Assembly: GCA_964187785.1 (NCBI GenBank)
Contig: OZ076409.1
Span: forward strand, 63,924,001-63,988,000
DNA length: 64,000 nt
Direction: 5' to 3'
From: Amphiscolops sp. MND2022
Lineage: Eukaryota
Positions 37,950 to 49,936 of the stretch are shown here, piece after piece. Position 1 is the first letter of the stretch; each line of letters starts with the position of its first letter. The notes under the pieces were generated by a model. That model was not told the origin of the DNA and did no database searches. It saw only the letters and a program-made list of their open reading frames with translations. The translations under genes and the position numbers were made by a program.

Positions 37950-40900
37950 GGTATGAAACGACGGGCGGGAATAACGTTGTGGTATAACCTCGCAAAGCAA
38001 ACATAAAAAAAACTTTAATTCCACGTATAAATCATTATCAGCTCAATCTGAAAAGACACACTTTACAACCATCAGTTTTAATGTTGGTTGAATCAGTCAA
38101 TAATAAACGTAGTCACCACACTCTACCTGCCTTTGTTTTCTGAGTCGGCCACCTCTTGGTAGCGGCGGAGATGACGTTTCTTCTAGAAACTGTTTGGCTG
38201 GGGATACGTTCAAACCAACATCCGAAGGACTTTCTACGGTCTTGACCGTGCTCGGGGCTCTTTTACATCGGGAATTCGCTTGCTCTGATGGAAGTTCCTG
38301 CGACGTATCATTTGCGACTGTGTCCGGTTCTGTCGGTATTTCCGTCGGATTCTGCTCCGAAGTATTGGTAGTGTCAGGTTCTGGTCCCTTCGATATAAAT
38401 TTTTTGGCGACCGTGTCGATTCGGTTTGTCTCTGTGTACGAAACCACTGCGTGTTGTGGCGATAATAGGCGCAAGTATCGTGCAAGGTGTACTAATGAAT
38501 CGTCTTTAGACTTCTTTGTAAAATTCTTTATGAATACTGTCGAACCCTGAGACATCCATTTGGGTGTAGAACTAGAACAGGTTGGCGTTACGTCACTTTT
38601 GTCAAAACCTATATAGTTTTGTTCCAGCGATGAGCGTCTTGTGAATCCGAACAGGCAGCTGTGAGGACTTTCGAAACCGATTGCTCACGAAGACAAACAT
38701 CGAATATTGCACAAAACTTGCGGAATATCTTCGTCCAAGATCTCAGCTGGTTTGTGAAGTTGCTTCAGTCGAAGTTTCACTGTCTTCCAGATTATTCCGT
38801 TCAACCTCTCGCATTGGCCGTTACCAGCTGGATTGTACGGAGTGGTTCGCGTTTTGTATAAGTTCTAACAATCCAGAAAGAATTTGAACTCCGAACTTTC
38901 AAACACACTTCCTCGATCGCTATGAATCGCCAGTGGAGGACCAAAGATCGAAAATAGTTGTGATAAAGCTGATATGACACTTGTTGTGTTAGCTTCTTCG
39001 ACGACAAATGCGAACAGAAATCTGCTAAATTTGTCTACAACTGTTAAAAAGTACTTGTTGCCTGACGATATGCGTTTCTTTGGACTTACGAAGGCTAGCG
39101 ACAGTCTTTCCTAAGGTTGTTTGGATCTGATAAGTGGAGTGTAAGGTGGTTTGAAGAACCTGGGTTTAAGCTCTCGACAGACAGAGCATTTCGAGATGTA
39201 GTCTTGGACCTTTTGCTTCAGATTAGATACATCGAAACTTCGTTGGATAAACTCAACGATTCCGGCTTTTCCGGTATGGCCCATTTTGTCGTGGACTGCC
39301 TTGAGTATTAAGTTTATGTCACCTGCGATATACGTTTTGTTCTTTTCTTCGTCTATGGCGTCGTATCCGGTTTCGTCCGATTGTGAGCAAAAAGCACTGA
39401 CTCGGCTCATCGCATCAGCCACTTCGTTCAGTTTACGTTTCGGGTACTGTACGTCGAAATCGTATTCTGATAGTACTAATCTCCACCGACATAAATTGCT
39501 GTTTTCGATAGAGGACCGTGGCTTTGAGTCAAACAAGTACGAAACTCCTTCTTGATCTGTCAGTATGGTGGAACGACTTCCTAGCAGGTACCGCCGACAT
39601 TTCTGTACAGACCACACTATAGCAAAAGCTTCTTTTTCAATCGCTGACCAATTCATCTCTTGGTCCGAAAAGTAAAGAAATACGAAGGCTACTGGTTGAC
39701 CATTTGGGGCTAGAACCGCGCCAATTGCGTTGCCGGAGGCATCTGTTTTGAGCACGAAAGGCTTCGTTCTGTCTGGGATCCACAATGCCGCTTTTGATAC
39801 CACCTGGTTAAATAAATTATATGCTGTTTATGGTCTCAGTGTCCAGCGGAAGCTTTCCGTCTCGTTTCGCCTTCAGCAGCGGAGCGACTATATTTGCAAA
39901 ATCACCTGCCCACATGGAGTAGTAGACACTCATGCCGACGAATCAGTCGAGTTCTTTCACTGTTGTAGCAACAGGGACTTCTAGTAAGGGTTTCATCCGC
40001 AATTCGTCTGGATGAATTTTCTATTCGAAACCCGATGGCTAAGGAATTTCAACACCCAAACTTTGAATTTCGATGTTTCTTTATTGAACCTCGCAAAGCA
40101 AACGTAATATTAAACTTTTATTCGACGTAAAATCATTAACAGTTCAACCTGAAAAGACACAATTTACAACCATCAGTTTAAATGTTAGTTGAATCAGTCA
40201 AAAATACACGTAGTCACCACAAACGTCTGAAGAATAACGTCCTAATTGGCAGCATGAATAACGTCTGAATTTAAATCATTTTTCGGGAACATCGACCAAA
40301 ATTTTAGACGTTATTCCCGTTTTTTAGACGTTATTCCTGTTTTTTAGACGTTATTCTTTTTTTGAAAATTGAACTTTCTGGAAGTAAAAATGTCAATTTC
40401 TGAATGTTTTCGTTCGGAATGGCTGGGACAAAAATGGGTCATCGCAACGATTTTGCTCCATTTCGACTTCGCTTAGCAAAATGAGAACATAAGCGGCCCC
40501 AAGGGGCCGCGGGGCAGTATAGCAAATGGGGACAAATACGAGACATGTTTTATAGTTTAAATCACTACATAGCATTAGATCTTGATTGACCTGAATTTTC
40601 CCAATTTTAGACGTTATTCCCGTTTGTTAGACGTATTTTGTTTGTTTTTGGTTATTTTAGGCATTTTCCCCCAATTTTAAACGTTATTCTACTTTTTTAG
40701 ACGTATTTTGACGATTTTTTAGACGTTTTTCTGTAATTTAGACGTTATTCCCGTTTTTCAGACGTATTTGACAATTTTTCTGTCTTTTAGATCTTTTTCT
40801 GTATTTTAGGCGTTTTTCTGTTATTTTCACAGAACGAGTTGTTTTTTTTAAAACCTCTAAATCATTGCAGTTTTTAAAAAAATTTCTACCGTTCGACTGG

Positions 40901-41287
40901 GATAGTGGCTCGTATGCGTAGTTTGTTGGTTGTTTTTTTCTGTTACTGGGATAGTGGCTGGCATGGGGTTCCCTATTTTCGTTGCAGACCACGGGTGTGT
41001 GTCATCGCCCTCCATTATGATGATACACATGGCACTTGATTGATATCGAAGATCCATGATATCTGCTAGTAGAGAAAAAATTTGGAAAAATTAGGACGTT
41101 ACTCACGTTTTCAGGTTTAGACGTTATTCCTCTTTTCAGAATTTTTTCCACTGTTTAGACATTTTTCCCGTTTTTCTAGACGTTATTCCCTAATGTTTCA
41201 GTTTAGATGTTATTCCTTTAGACGTTTTTCCCGGTGGATCTTTAGACGTTATTACTCAGACGTTATTCCCTCCTCTAGTTTGGAACC
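37950..41287. mobile_element. Foldback MITE F2 (tagacgttattccc repeats, partial core A), split by a Gypsy insertion in its left TIR
   Basis: Left end ggtatgaaac..gggaataacgt|ctgaagaataacgtc matches reverse complement of right end gacgttattactcagacgttattcccc..gtttggaacc; core A part at ~40450-40535. Confidence 0.7.
37978..40221 (-). mobile_element. Ty3/Gypsy LTR retrotransposon with gag/PR/most of RT deleted; LTRs 37978-38120 and ~40087-40221
   Basis: TG...CA LTRs, 5-bp TSD aacgt, purine tract next to the 3' LTR; RNase H (TDASG..IGAVL, EKEAFAIVW, TDQ, ADAMSR), integrase HHCC and core. Confidence 0.92.
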
Positions 41288-41291
41288 AGTA

Positions 41292-41973
41292 GGTAGAATC
41301 CAGTTTGTAGAAAAGTGACGTCTAGTTTGTAGAATTTTCTTTCTACATACTGGATTCTACAAACTGTTGAAGTCCGGTTAGTATGGAACCAGTTTGTAGA
41401 AAACCAGTTTGTGAAATTCAGTTTGGAGAAAAATGAGGTCCAGTTTGTAGAATTTTTAAAATACAATTTGGATTCTACAAACTGGTTTTCTGCAAACTGG
41501 TTAGGTCCAGTTTGTAGAATACCAGTTTTAGGATTCTGGAATTTAAGAAAAACAACAAGACCAATAATGTAGGAAAGAAGCAAAATATAAAACGTGCCTC
41601 GGATATGACCCAATTTCCTCTAGTGCCAGGCGGCCCCTTGGGGCCGTTTATATTCCCATTTTGCTAAGCGAGGTCAAACAGGAGCAAAGACCTAGCGGGA
41701 ACGGATATCGCGAAGCGATCTTAGTGGGAGCTGGTCTTTGCGACGGTGAGGGCGAGCGTGCATACACCGGAAATGCCCCACATTTCAGTTTTCAGATCTC
41801 GTTCCTTTAGGTCTTAGGCAGTGGAGCTCTCAGGATCTTGTGTCAAGGATGTCCAGTTTGTAGAATTCATTGATCCAGTTTGTAGCATTTAATGATCCAG
41901 CTTGTAGAAAAACAATTCCACAAACTGGAGCACCTAGGAACAGTTTGTAGAATTCTAAAAACTGGAACGAATT
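41292..41973. mobile_element. Foldback MITE (ccagtttgtagaa repeats) with full core A
   Basis: Many direct and inverted ccagtttgtagaa units; core A at ~41600-41770. Confidence 0.75.
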
Positions 41974-42019
41974 TGTTCGACCTTTTTTAGCACGATTGGA
42001 ACAAGGTTCTCCACAAGGC

Positions 42020-43557
42020 TCTCATGGCCTTCCCCAACGGCTCCAGTGCAGTGTTGGACGGCAGTTCGCCCCATTTTTGAAAGCTTTGACTGCCAATTCG
42101 AACGGGCAAACTGGACTGTTTTTTCTCAAAGACTTAACAAATTTTGTGAATGTTATTCTCGATGGAAAAGTACCTTTAGAACTTCGGCCGTTCTTCTTCG
42201 GTGCGAAACTAATTGCGCTAAAAAACCCAATGGAGGATTGTCCGCAAAATGTGCCGGATACCATATTTTCGAATCACGTCAAGCAAGATATGGAAATCAA
42301 CAAGTAGGTGCAGGCACCAAAAGGGGTGCTGAAATGGCCTCACGAATTTTCCGTTAATTGAAAAAATCCCCTAGCCCAAACAAAACGTAATTTTGAGAAT
42401 TGACTTTGAAAACACTTTCAATTCGATAAACCGACAATTCATGCTAGAGAAAATTTTTGAAATAGACCCTGACGTTTATAAGTACTCACACTTGGCGTAC
42501 AGTCAGCCAAGTTTTCCTTTTTACGGTGATTCAGTAATCAAATCTTGCGAAGGGACCCAGCAAGGAGATCCTGAGTCTCCAGCTTTACTTTTTGATTCCC
42601 TTCAGGGTCTGATTGACAGTTTGGAGTCAAAAATAAACCTTTGGCAACTTGACGATGGAAATTTAAGTGATGATTACAGAACCGTTTTGAAAGATCTCAA
42701 ACAAATTATTGGAACGGAAAAAAACGTTGGGACTCAAAATTAAACCAACAAAAAGTGAAATTTTTTCCTTGGTGGTATCACAGAAAAACGATGATCGACA
42801 ATTTTAGCACCTTTCCAAAAACTTTGCCTCGGGATCCAAACACCAAAGAAAGATGAACTTATAATTCTTGGTTCACCGCTCGGCACGAAATCACAAGCAG
42901 ACTTATTGGAAAAGAAAATTAATGAAATGGAAAATATTTATGAAAATGTTGAAAAACTAGATGCACACTATGGTTTCTTATGTTGAAAAAATTGCTTCAG
43001 TCTGCCAAAGTTGTTGTACTTCCAGAGAACCAGTACATGTTTTAATCATCCAACTCTCTTGGGAAAATATGACAAAACCGTACGCGACGGGCTTTCCGAA
43101 TTGTGTAAAGTGAACTTCGACGATATTTCGCGTACTCAGCTGGCTCTGCCCGCTCAGATAGGTGGTCTTGGGGTTTCATTCGCATCATTATTAGCACTTC
43201 TTGCCTTTCTGGTCTCAACTTTTGGTGCGAGTGACTTTCTCACGACGATTTTCTCGGAAACACTCGAAGATATTTCGTTTTAAAAGCGTTTGAGAAATGG
43301 TTGAGTATGACGAATGAACAGGAAAGTTCTCTCGATGGAATTCAGAAAAATTGGACACAACCTGTCTATGTCAAAACCGCCCAGCATTTGATTTCTAGAA
43401 TGGATGACAAACGTTCGAATGTTTTTAACGCTCATCAAGGCAAGTTTGGGTCTCAATGGCTGAACGTCGTTCCTTGCAAGAACCTAGGATTGAAACTTGA
43501 TGATCAGCAGCATCGGATTTCAATTGGTTTGCGTCTCGGAGCCAACATCTGTGTTGC
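42020..43557 (+). mobile_element. Second CRE-clade retrotransposon fragment (RT and post-RT region)
   Basis: FFGAKLIALK, QVGAGTKRGAE, IDFENTFNSINR, GTQQGDP, WQLDDG, LPAQIGGLG, QWLNVVP...GLRLG; abuts the Gypsy integrase. Confidence 0.88.
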
Positions 43558-46255
43558 GGTCAGGGGTGTTGCGGTATTGAAGCATGACTCTATGAAATTT
43601 GTCGAAGTTCATCTGATCTCGCTGTTCGGGCCAGTGTTGTCCATGAGCATGCGCTTGCAGGTCTTGACCCCGAGCTCGGCGCGACCATTTGAGTGGGCAA
43701 GTGCAACAGATGAGAGGCGGTGATGGACACCCCAGTTTGACAACAGTTGTTGTGTCTCCTCGGCCGTGAATTCAGGTTCACCATCTGACGATAGTTCGTC
43801 TGCAATGCCGTATGTAACGAAAATTTCGCGTAGGCATTTTACAAGACCTGAAGAAACATCACGTGATTGCTGCACAATCGGCCAACCAAAGTAGCGGTCC
43901 ACAACCACCATGTAATTGCAGCTCTTGTATTTGAAGTAATCCGTACAGATGCACTGGAAGGGGTAAACTGGTTCCTGACCAGCGAGCGGAGGGCCATGTG
44001 GTTGACTGGGCACACGCTCGTTGCATGAACGCCACCGGGCTCTCAAGTTTGCATTAGCCGGCGTAATGCCCAGCCAAAAGACATTAGATTCAGCCCTAGA
44101 CGTCATGCAGGAGACACCTTGATGAGCAGAATGCAGTGTGTTTAGGATTAGTGCTCTTAGTAGTGATGAGATAACAGTCCGTCCTGTTGTTGTATAAAAT
44201 CACTCCATCCACTGTGCTGAGTCCATCCTTGAATTGGAAGAATTCTCGTATACCCGGGGCAAGATCCAATCGTGAGGTAACGCCCTGGAAACCGTCTTCG
44301 ATCTTTTCTGGAGAGTTTGTAGGTTTTCATCGCGTAGGGTGTGTTATCGGACCTCCGTCCATGTAACAGCGCGAATGTCGCCGAGATTGGTGGCCGCAGC
44401 AATTGCAAGCTTTTCTTCCAGATCAGCTGATGTGTCGGGTTCCCACGTCATTATAGCCTCAGGAAGACGGAAACTAGGGTCAATACAAGCGATGGAGTCC
44501 GACTCCTCGAAATCACTATCCAAGGGAAGTTTTTTTGCATCACCAGTGGGTTTCCTCGGGTTTGCATCCGGCGCCTTTCGTTTCTGTCTGGGTACATGGA
44601 TTATAGCGAAACGGTATGGCAGCGTCTTCTCCTTGAGGGACAGTAATCTTTCATTCTTGATATCGCCGAGGTGTCGGTTGTTGAGGACCCCGAGTAGCAG
44701 CTTGTGGTCGGTAGCTACTACTACTTTGTCTCAACAGAGTACGAAATGACGGGCCGACTCCAGTCCATAAACCACAGCTAATGCTTCCCCCTTCAATAGG
44801 AGCATATCTTGATTCTGCTGGGTGTGTGAACCTGCTACCAGTGAACACTATTTTCCATCCCGTTGAGCAACAGACAGGAGTGATGACCTCACAGGTGCAG
44901 TACTTCTGCAAGAGCCAAAAACCGATGCCTTTCTTGGACCAATCTGTGTCGAGACATGTGACACGTTTGGAGTCGAATATTCGGACACCCTCGGTGACTT
45001 TGTCCGGTATAGCAGCCTCCGACTGCTCAAAAACTTGTTGCAGCTGATCATCCCAATAGAACGTTGACGACGGCTTGAGATGCTCGCGGAAAGGCGCCAT
45101 GTCTTTGCGGAGGGAGTCGCAGTACGATACTTGGTTGATGAGGCCAAATCAAGATCGGATATCAGTGATGTTTTGTGGCGTAGGAAAGTCACGGATTGCG
45201 CGGATATGTTTGTCACTGGGCTGGATATCGGTCGGAGTGATGACGAAACCAGCAAATTCTATCGTGTCGGAGCCAAATACAAATTTTTTGGGATTCTGAA
45301 CATTTCCGTGTCGACCGCGGATGTCTAGCCAACGACATATTTGAAAGAAGTTTTCTTCGAGAGTGTCTGCCCATAAGCATGTGTCATCGATGCATTTGGT
45401 TGTGTTGGGGAAGTCATTGACAATCTCGTCAAATCGTCTGGTGTATCCGTCCTGCGAAGCAGCGTAGCCCTGTGGACAAGTTTTGTATCGGTACCGACCC
45501 CATGGCGTGATGAACGTGGTTACGTGGCGATCTTCTTCTCGGATTGGTACACTGTGATACCCGTTCCAAGCATCAGTAATTGTCTTCTTGGTCCCTGCAG
45601 GTACCAGCGTTGCTTGGTGAAACGGGGATTGGGTGTGATGTGTTTCACGAACAGCATGTTTGTTGAGCACCTGCATGTCCACTGTGCGTCGTGGTTTGCC
45701 GTTTTTCTTCAGAGCCGTGAGTTTGACATCTCTGTCGATAGACTTCTTCACTTCCTGTTGCCAGTGTAGAGGGACTGGAATGGGTTTGTGGACTGGGATC
45801 GGCTTTGCTTCGGGGTTGACGTGGAGTTCCAACGGCGGGCCCTCCATCAGAGGGAGTGTTTGGCATTCGCAAGTGTTGAAAGTGCTGGATCGGTATCTGT
45901 CTAGTATCCAATTCTGGAGAGCGGTCCGGTTGGCGTCCGTTGCTGGGAATGGTAGAGCAGTTGGTAATGGTGGCGGCTTGGTGCGTATGGGGCAGGAACA
46001 ATCGCATTCCTCGTCGCGTGGGCTTGCTGCAGCTGAACTGACTGACATAGGTTGCTGAGTGGCTGATCCGATTCGCGGAAAGTCGCTCGGGATAATTCCA
46101 AGTGTTGTACAGGCTTCCCGACTCAAGTATGCACCTTCTATCACGTCGGTCACATAGCATTTTTGTGCTGTCTCTATTACTTTGCCAGACCCCGACTTTC
46201 CGGACAGTCGTAGGATAACAGCCCCTAGAATTGGGATGACGTCACGATTCACCGC

Positions 46256-47527
46256 CTACATTTTTGTTTTCACGGGTATGAGGTCTGATTTTTTGAAACC
46301 CAGTCTATGGATGATTTTGATTCCAACTAAGACAGATTGACAACCAATATCAGCCGTCATGGCTATCGTAATCTGGCGTGTCCTTGTGTGAAGGCGGTAC
46401 CCCAGCTCCTCATGGTCTTTTGTATGAGCGCGGGCGGTAAGAGAAACTGTCGGTTGTGGCGGCGACCGTCTTGTAATCGAGCTGTTTCTGTCGTCGAAAA
46501 TGTCGTGGCCAAGGACGACCGCCTGTTGACCGGTTTTATGAGAAATGGCAGTGCAGGCTACCGAGATGTTGCATATTTTGTGGAAGACAGTGTTGGATTC
46601 ATCCACATCCTTCGTTGTGTTTCCACTGATCCTTCTGGATTTAGACCTACAGACGTTATCGAAGTGGTTCTTTTTGTAACACTTTGAACAAATTTTGTCC
46701 CAGGCCTTGCATTTCTCCTTCCTAGCCTGTGTATCGCGGCCATTACCATGGCCTGGTTTACCACAATTTCGGCATTTGCCTACGTGTTGGTCTTTGTCCG
46801 TCTGTTTATACGAGGATACTGTCGCAGCAATCGTGATCTGGAGAGTTGCTTGTGATCGTTTACCAGCTTCTTTGGCCTCTATAATCTTGATCGTGCCCTC
46901 CAGTGTCATGTCCTGGTTGTAATGTCCCAGTACATCTTGCTGGATGTCGCTGTCGCCAAGTCCTCTAATGAGAGCGTCACGGACCATGTCGTCAGTGTAT
47001 TTGACTGCTTCAAATGGGTTGTGAGAGCAGTTTTTCCAGACCTTCCAGACCTTGACCTTACCTTGACATCGTAAGCGAGTGGCAAAGCTCCTAACACCCT
47101 CCTTTCTGTCCTGTGTCATTGTCAGGAGAGTCATCCTGCTCACCATGGCGTTCTCAGCCTTCACGGCTAGAGTTTTGATTGCTGTCAGAGCGTCTATCTC
47201 GGTTGCCATGGCGATGTTTGAGTGGGAGTGGTGGAAGTCCTTGCGTAGACTGTTTTCACAACATTCGAGGAGCTGTAAGGTGGCATCATGGTCGACTATG
47301 CGTGTGGCTGTCTTGTAGGCGTCCCACCTGCTGATGAAGTACTCCCAGTCTTCACTCGTACTCTCTTTAGACACTTTTGCGCGAGACAATTTGTCGGGTT
47401 CGGCCCGTTGACAGGCGCCGGGGGCATGTGAATACCAGTGCACTGTGAAAAGTGCGATGGCTTGAGCCGCTTCAATATCCCCCGTGGCGTAGGTACATCC
47501 TTCAATGGGGCAATTGAGCACCACCAT
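46256..47527 (-). CDS. gag: Gypsy Gag-protease ORF (423 aa open)
   Basis: WEYFISRWDAY motif, zinc knuckles CRNCGKPGH and CSKCYKKNHFDNVC, protease site degenerate (ADIG for DTG). Confidence 0.8.
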   Translation of the reverse strand: MVVLNCPIEGCTYATGDIEAAQAIALFTVHWYSHAPGACQRAEPDKLSRAKVSKESTSEDWEYFISRWDAYKTATRIVDHDATLQLLECCENSLRKDFHHSHSNIAMATEIDALTAIKTLAVKAENAMVSRMTLLTMTQDRKEGVRSFATRLRCQGKVKVWKVWKNCSHNPFEAVKYTDDMVRDALIRGLGDSDIQQDVLGHYNQDMTLEGTIKIIEAKEAGKRSQATLQITIAATVSSYKQTDKDQHVGKCRNCGKPGHGNGRDTQARKEKCKAWDKICSKCYKKNHFDNVCRSKSRRISGNTTKDVDESNTVFHKICNISVACTAISHKTGQQAVVLGHDIFDDRNSSITRRSPPQPTVSLTARAHTKDHEELGYRLHTRTRQITIAMTADIGCQSVLVGIKIIHRLGFKKSDLIPVKTKM

Positions 47528-47602
47528 GGCTGGCGAACACGTTCACTGATGTCATTTCTGCTTGGAGCACACGATACGTGATGCTACCAAAGTAGATATA
47601 GA

Positions 47603-48158
47603 GGTAAATGGTCAGTTGGCTTAATGCCATTTGGCTTTAAGTCATTTGGCTTAATACAATTGGTCACTTGGGGTAATTTTTTAGGCTAAGTGTCCCGGGT
47701 ATTGGTCACTTGGCTTAAAGTCATTTGACTTAAAACCACTTAGTTGAGAACACATGGCAGACTTTGTCGAATTTATCTTTATAACGTAGTCAGCGTATTA
47801 TTATAACATTTCATATCAAGTACCCCTCGGATATGTCCCCATTTCCTCTAGTGCCATGCGGCCCCTTGGGGCCGCTTATATTTCCATCTTGCTAAGCGAG
47901 GTCGAACAGGAGCAAAGACCTAGCGGGAACGAAGATCGCGAAGCGATCGTAGTGAGAGCTGGTCTTTGCGACGGTGAGGGCGAGCGTGCATACACCGCAT
48001 ATGCCCCACATTATGATATTTCCGGGAGTTGACTTATTTATTCCTTGAGTTGGAATGGAGTTGGCTCAGTTTTGTGGTCACTTGGCTTAAAATTTTCAAG
48101 CCAAAGGACTCGAAGAAAAAATTAAGCCAAATGGTATTAAGCCAAGTGAATGGTAACC
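47603..48158. mobile_element. Foldback MITE, E4 family (core A), inserted in the Gypsy 5' LTR
   Basis: GG...CC termini, perfect 8-bp TSD gatataga (47595-47602, 48159-48166). Confidence 0.92.
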
Positions 48159-48567
48159 GATATAGAACGGGTTTAAAGTACACGATACGTGATAGTTTAA
48201 GGACAGATAAAAAGAATACGCTTGAAGCACACGACACGTGATACTACAAGGTGATATTCATGAGCGATACAATTGTAGCTCCGATCCAGTTCAGGCTTTG
48301 TTAGGAATAAGATGCAAAGGAACGAACTAAAAAAAGGTAAGGGTAGATGTTCCTTGTTTGCAGGTTCTTTGTAGATTGCAGAAGTAGCTCGTCCACTTAT
48401 TGAGAATAGAGGATCATATAGAAACCTCTATTTGTAGAAACAGTGGTAATAAAACATTTATTTCATACAATAATCCTCTGAAATAGAATGACACTTTAAA
48501 AATACATCTATACATTTTACGATCTGTTATAATAGAGTTTGCGACATTGTACAATTACATATAACTT

Positions 48568-48950
48568 ATTTTTTAAACCTCTATATCATTGCAGCTTTAA
48601 ATAATTTCTACCGGTCGACTGGGACAGTGGCTGGTACGAGTAGTTTGTTGGTTGTTTCAATGATGATACACATGGCACTTGATTGATGAAGATCCATGAT
48701 ATCTGATAGAGGAAAGAAAGGAAAAAGATTGGAACATGAGCGGCCCCAAGGGTCCGCGGGGCACTAGAGGAAATGGGGACATATCCAAGGCACGTTTTAA
48801 ACTCTAAATCAATTCCAAATCTGGAGGTTTCATGTTGCCTGCCATATGTCGATCCAAGTTGTTTCGATCTGGATCGCTAATTTGGACATTTCGATGCGAG
48901 GATTCGATCTTTCTATTTTGATTCCGTTGTTTCGATCCCAGCTTATCGCT
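48568..48950. mobile_element. MITE relic: segment shared with 40845-41067, partial core A, ttcgatc repeats
   Basis: 48568-48706 matches 40845-41067 with a deletion; gcggccccaagggtccgc hairpin at ~48740. Confidence 0.6.
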
Positions 48951-49936
48951 TGAAATTTGACCAAAAGTCACCCGTTATTCCTGATCCCCGAGACTATATA
49001 GAAGCTTTAATTCTAGAGCTGCTGACGGATATACATGTTGCAAGTCGGACAGTCGCATTATGCCGAAAAAAAAACGAAAAGTGACCAGCTATTGCGGAAA
49101 TAATAAATTTGGTGTTTCCCTTAAAATTTGGATGAATCGAAACCTTTTTCTTCGAACCTCTTTGCGGAAAATATCTCGCTTCTTAGAGGGCGTCTTGTTG
49201 AATTTTCATATAGGATAAAGTAAATAAAGCTGTTTTTTCGGGGCACCTGTTTTCGGGTTTTTGACATTTTTCGCTCTTGAATATTTCGCACTGATTATGT
49301 CGGTAAGAACTTTGCAGACAGCAGCCAGCTTTCTTATCGCCAGGTGCAGTGGGGCATTCATTGTGTCATTTTAATTTTAACTTTTCCTATTTGTGCCCGG
49401 AAGAATGAGCAAGCGTGGTGAAACGCTCAAGATTAAAATTAAATAGGATCTAATCTAATTTATTTAAAAAATTCCATTTACCTGGTATCTTCCGCCTAAG
49501 ATCTGACCAGGTTTGGAAAAAGTATCAAAGTCTCCTCAGAAAGCATGATGATTTGAAATAAGGTTTCCTTGATTGAAGGCATTGGTATAGCTGTGGTGTG
49601 AATACTCTGCCTCGCCGTTAAAAAGACCAGCTTCCACTTAATCGCCTCGCGATCTTCGTTACGTCTTTTCTGTTCGGCCTCGCGTTGCAAGATGATCGCT
49701 GGGAAGCGGGAGCGGCCGCAGGGCACTAGAGAAGTTGGGTTCGTGAGCTAAACCTCATTGTTAGCGAGTCTTCATTATAAAACAATGATACTGCAAAAAT
49801 GATGATAAAATAAATGTTTCAATCGTGTGTGTTAGATCATATTCTGGTTTTCTAATGATTTTCATCGAGTTTTCTTTTCGTGGGTATCGAATGTACTGTT
49901 TTGATTTTTTCAAGAATCGTTTGATGAAACATCAAA

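Larger units (their letters stand above)
43558..48248 (-). mobile_element. Ty3/Gypsy (Mag-like) LTR retrotransposon, 3'-truncated: 5' LTR, PBS, gag, PR, RT, RNase H, integrase
   Basis: PBS-like tggtagca at 47589-47582; RT (DAWNGYHSVP, TTFITPWGRYRY, CIDD), RNase H (TDWSKKGIG, YAPIEG), integrase (VVVDRYFGWP, SSDGEPEF, SNGRAE); stops and frameshifts in pol. Confidence 0.92.
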
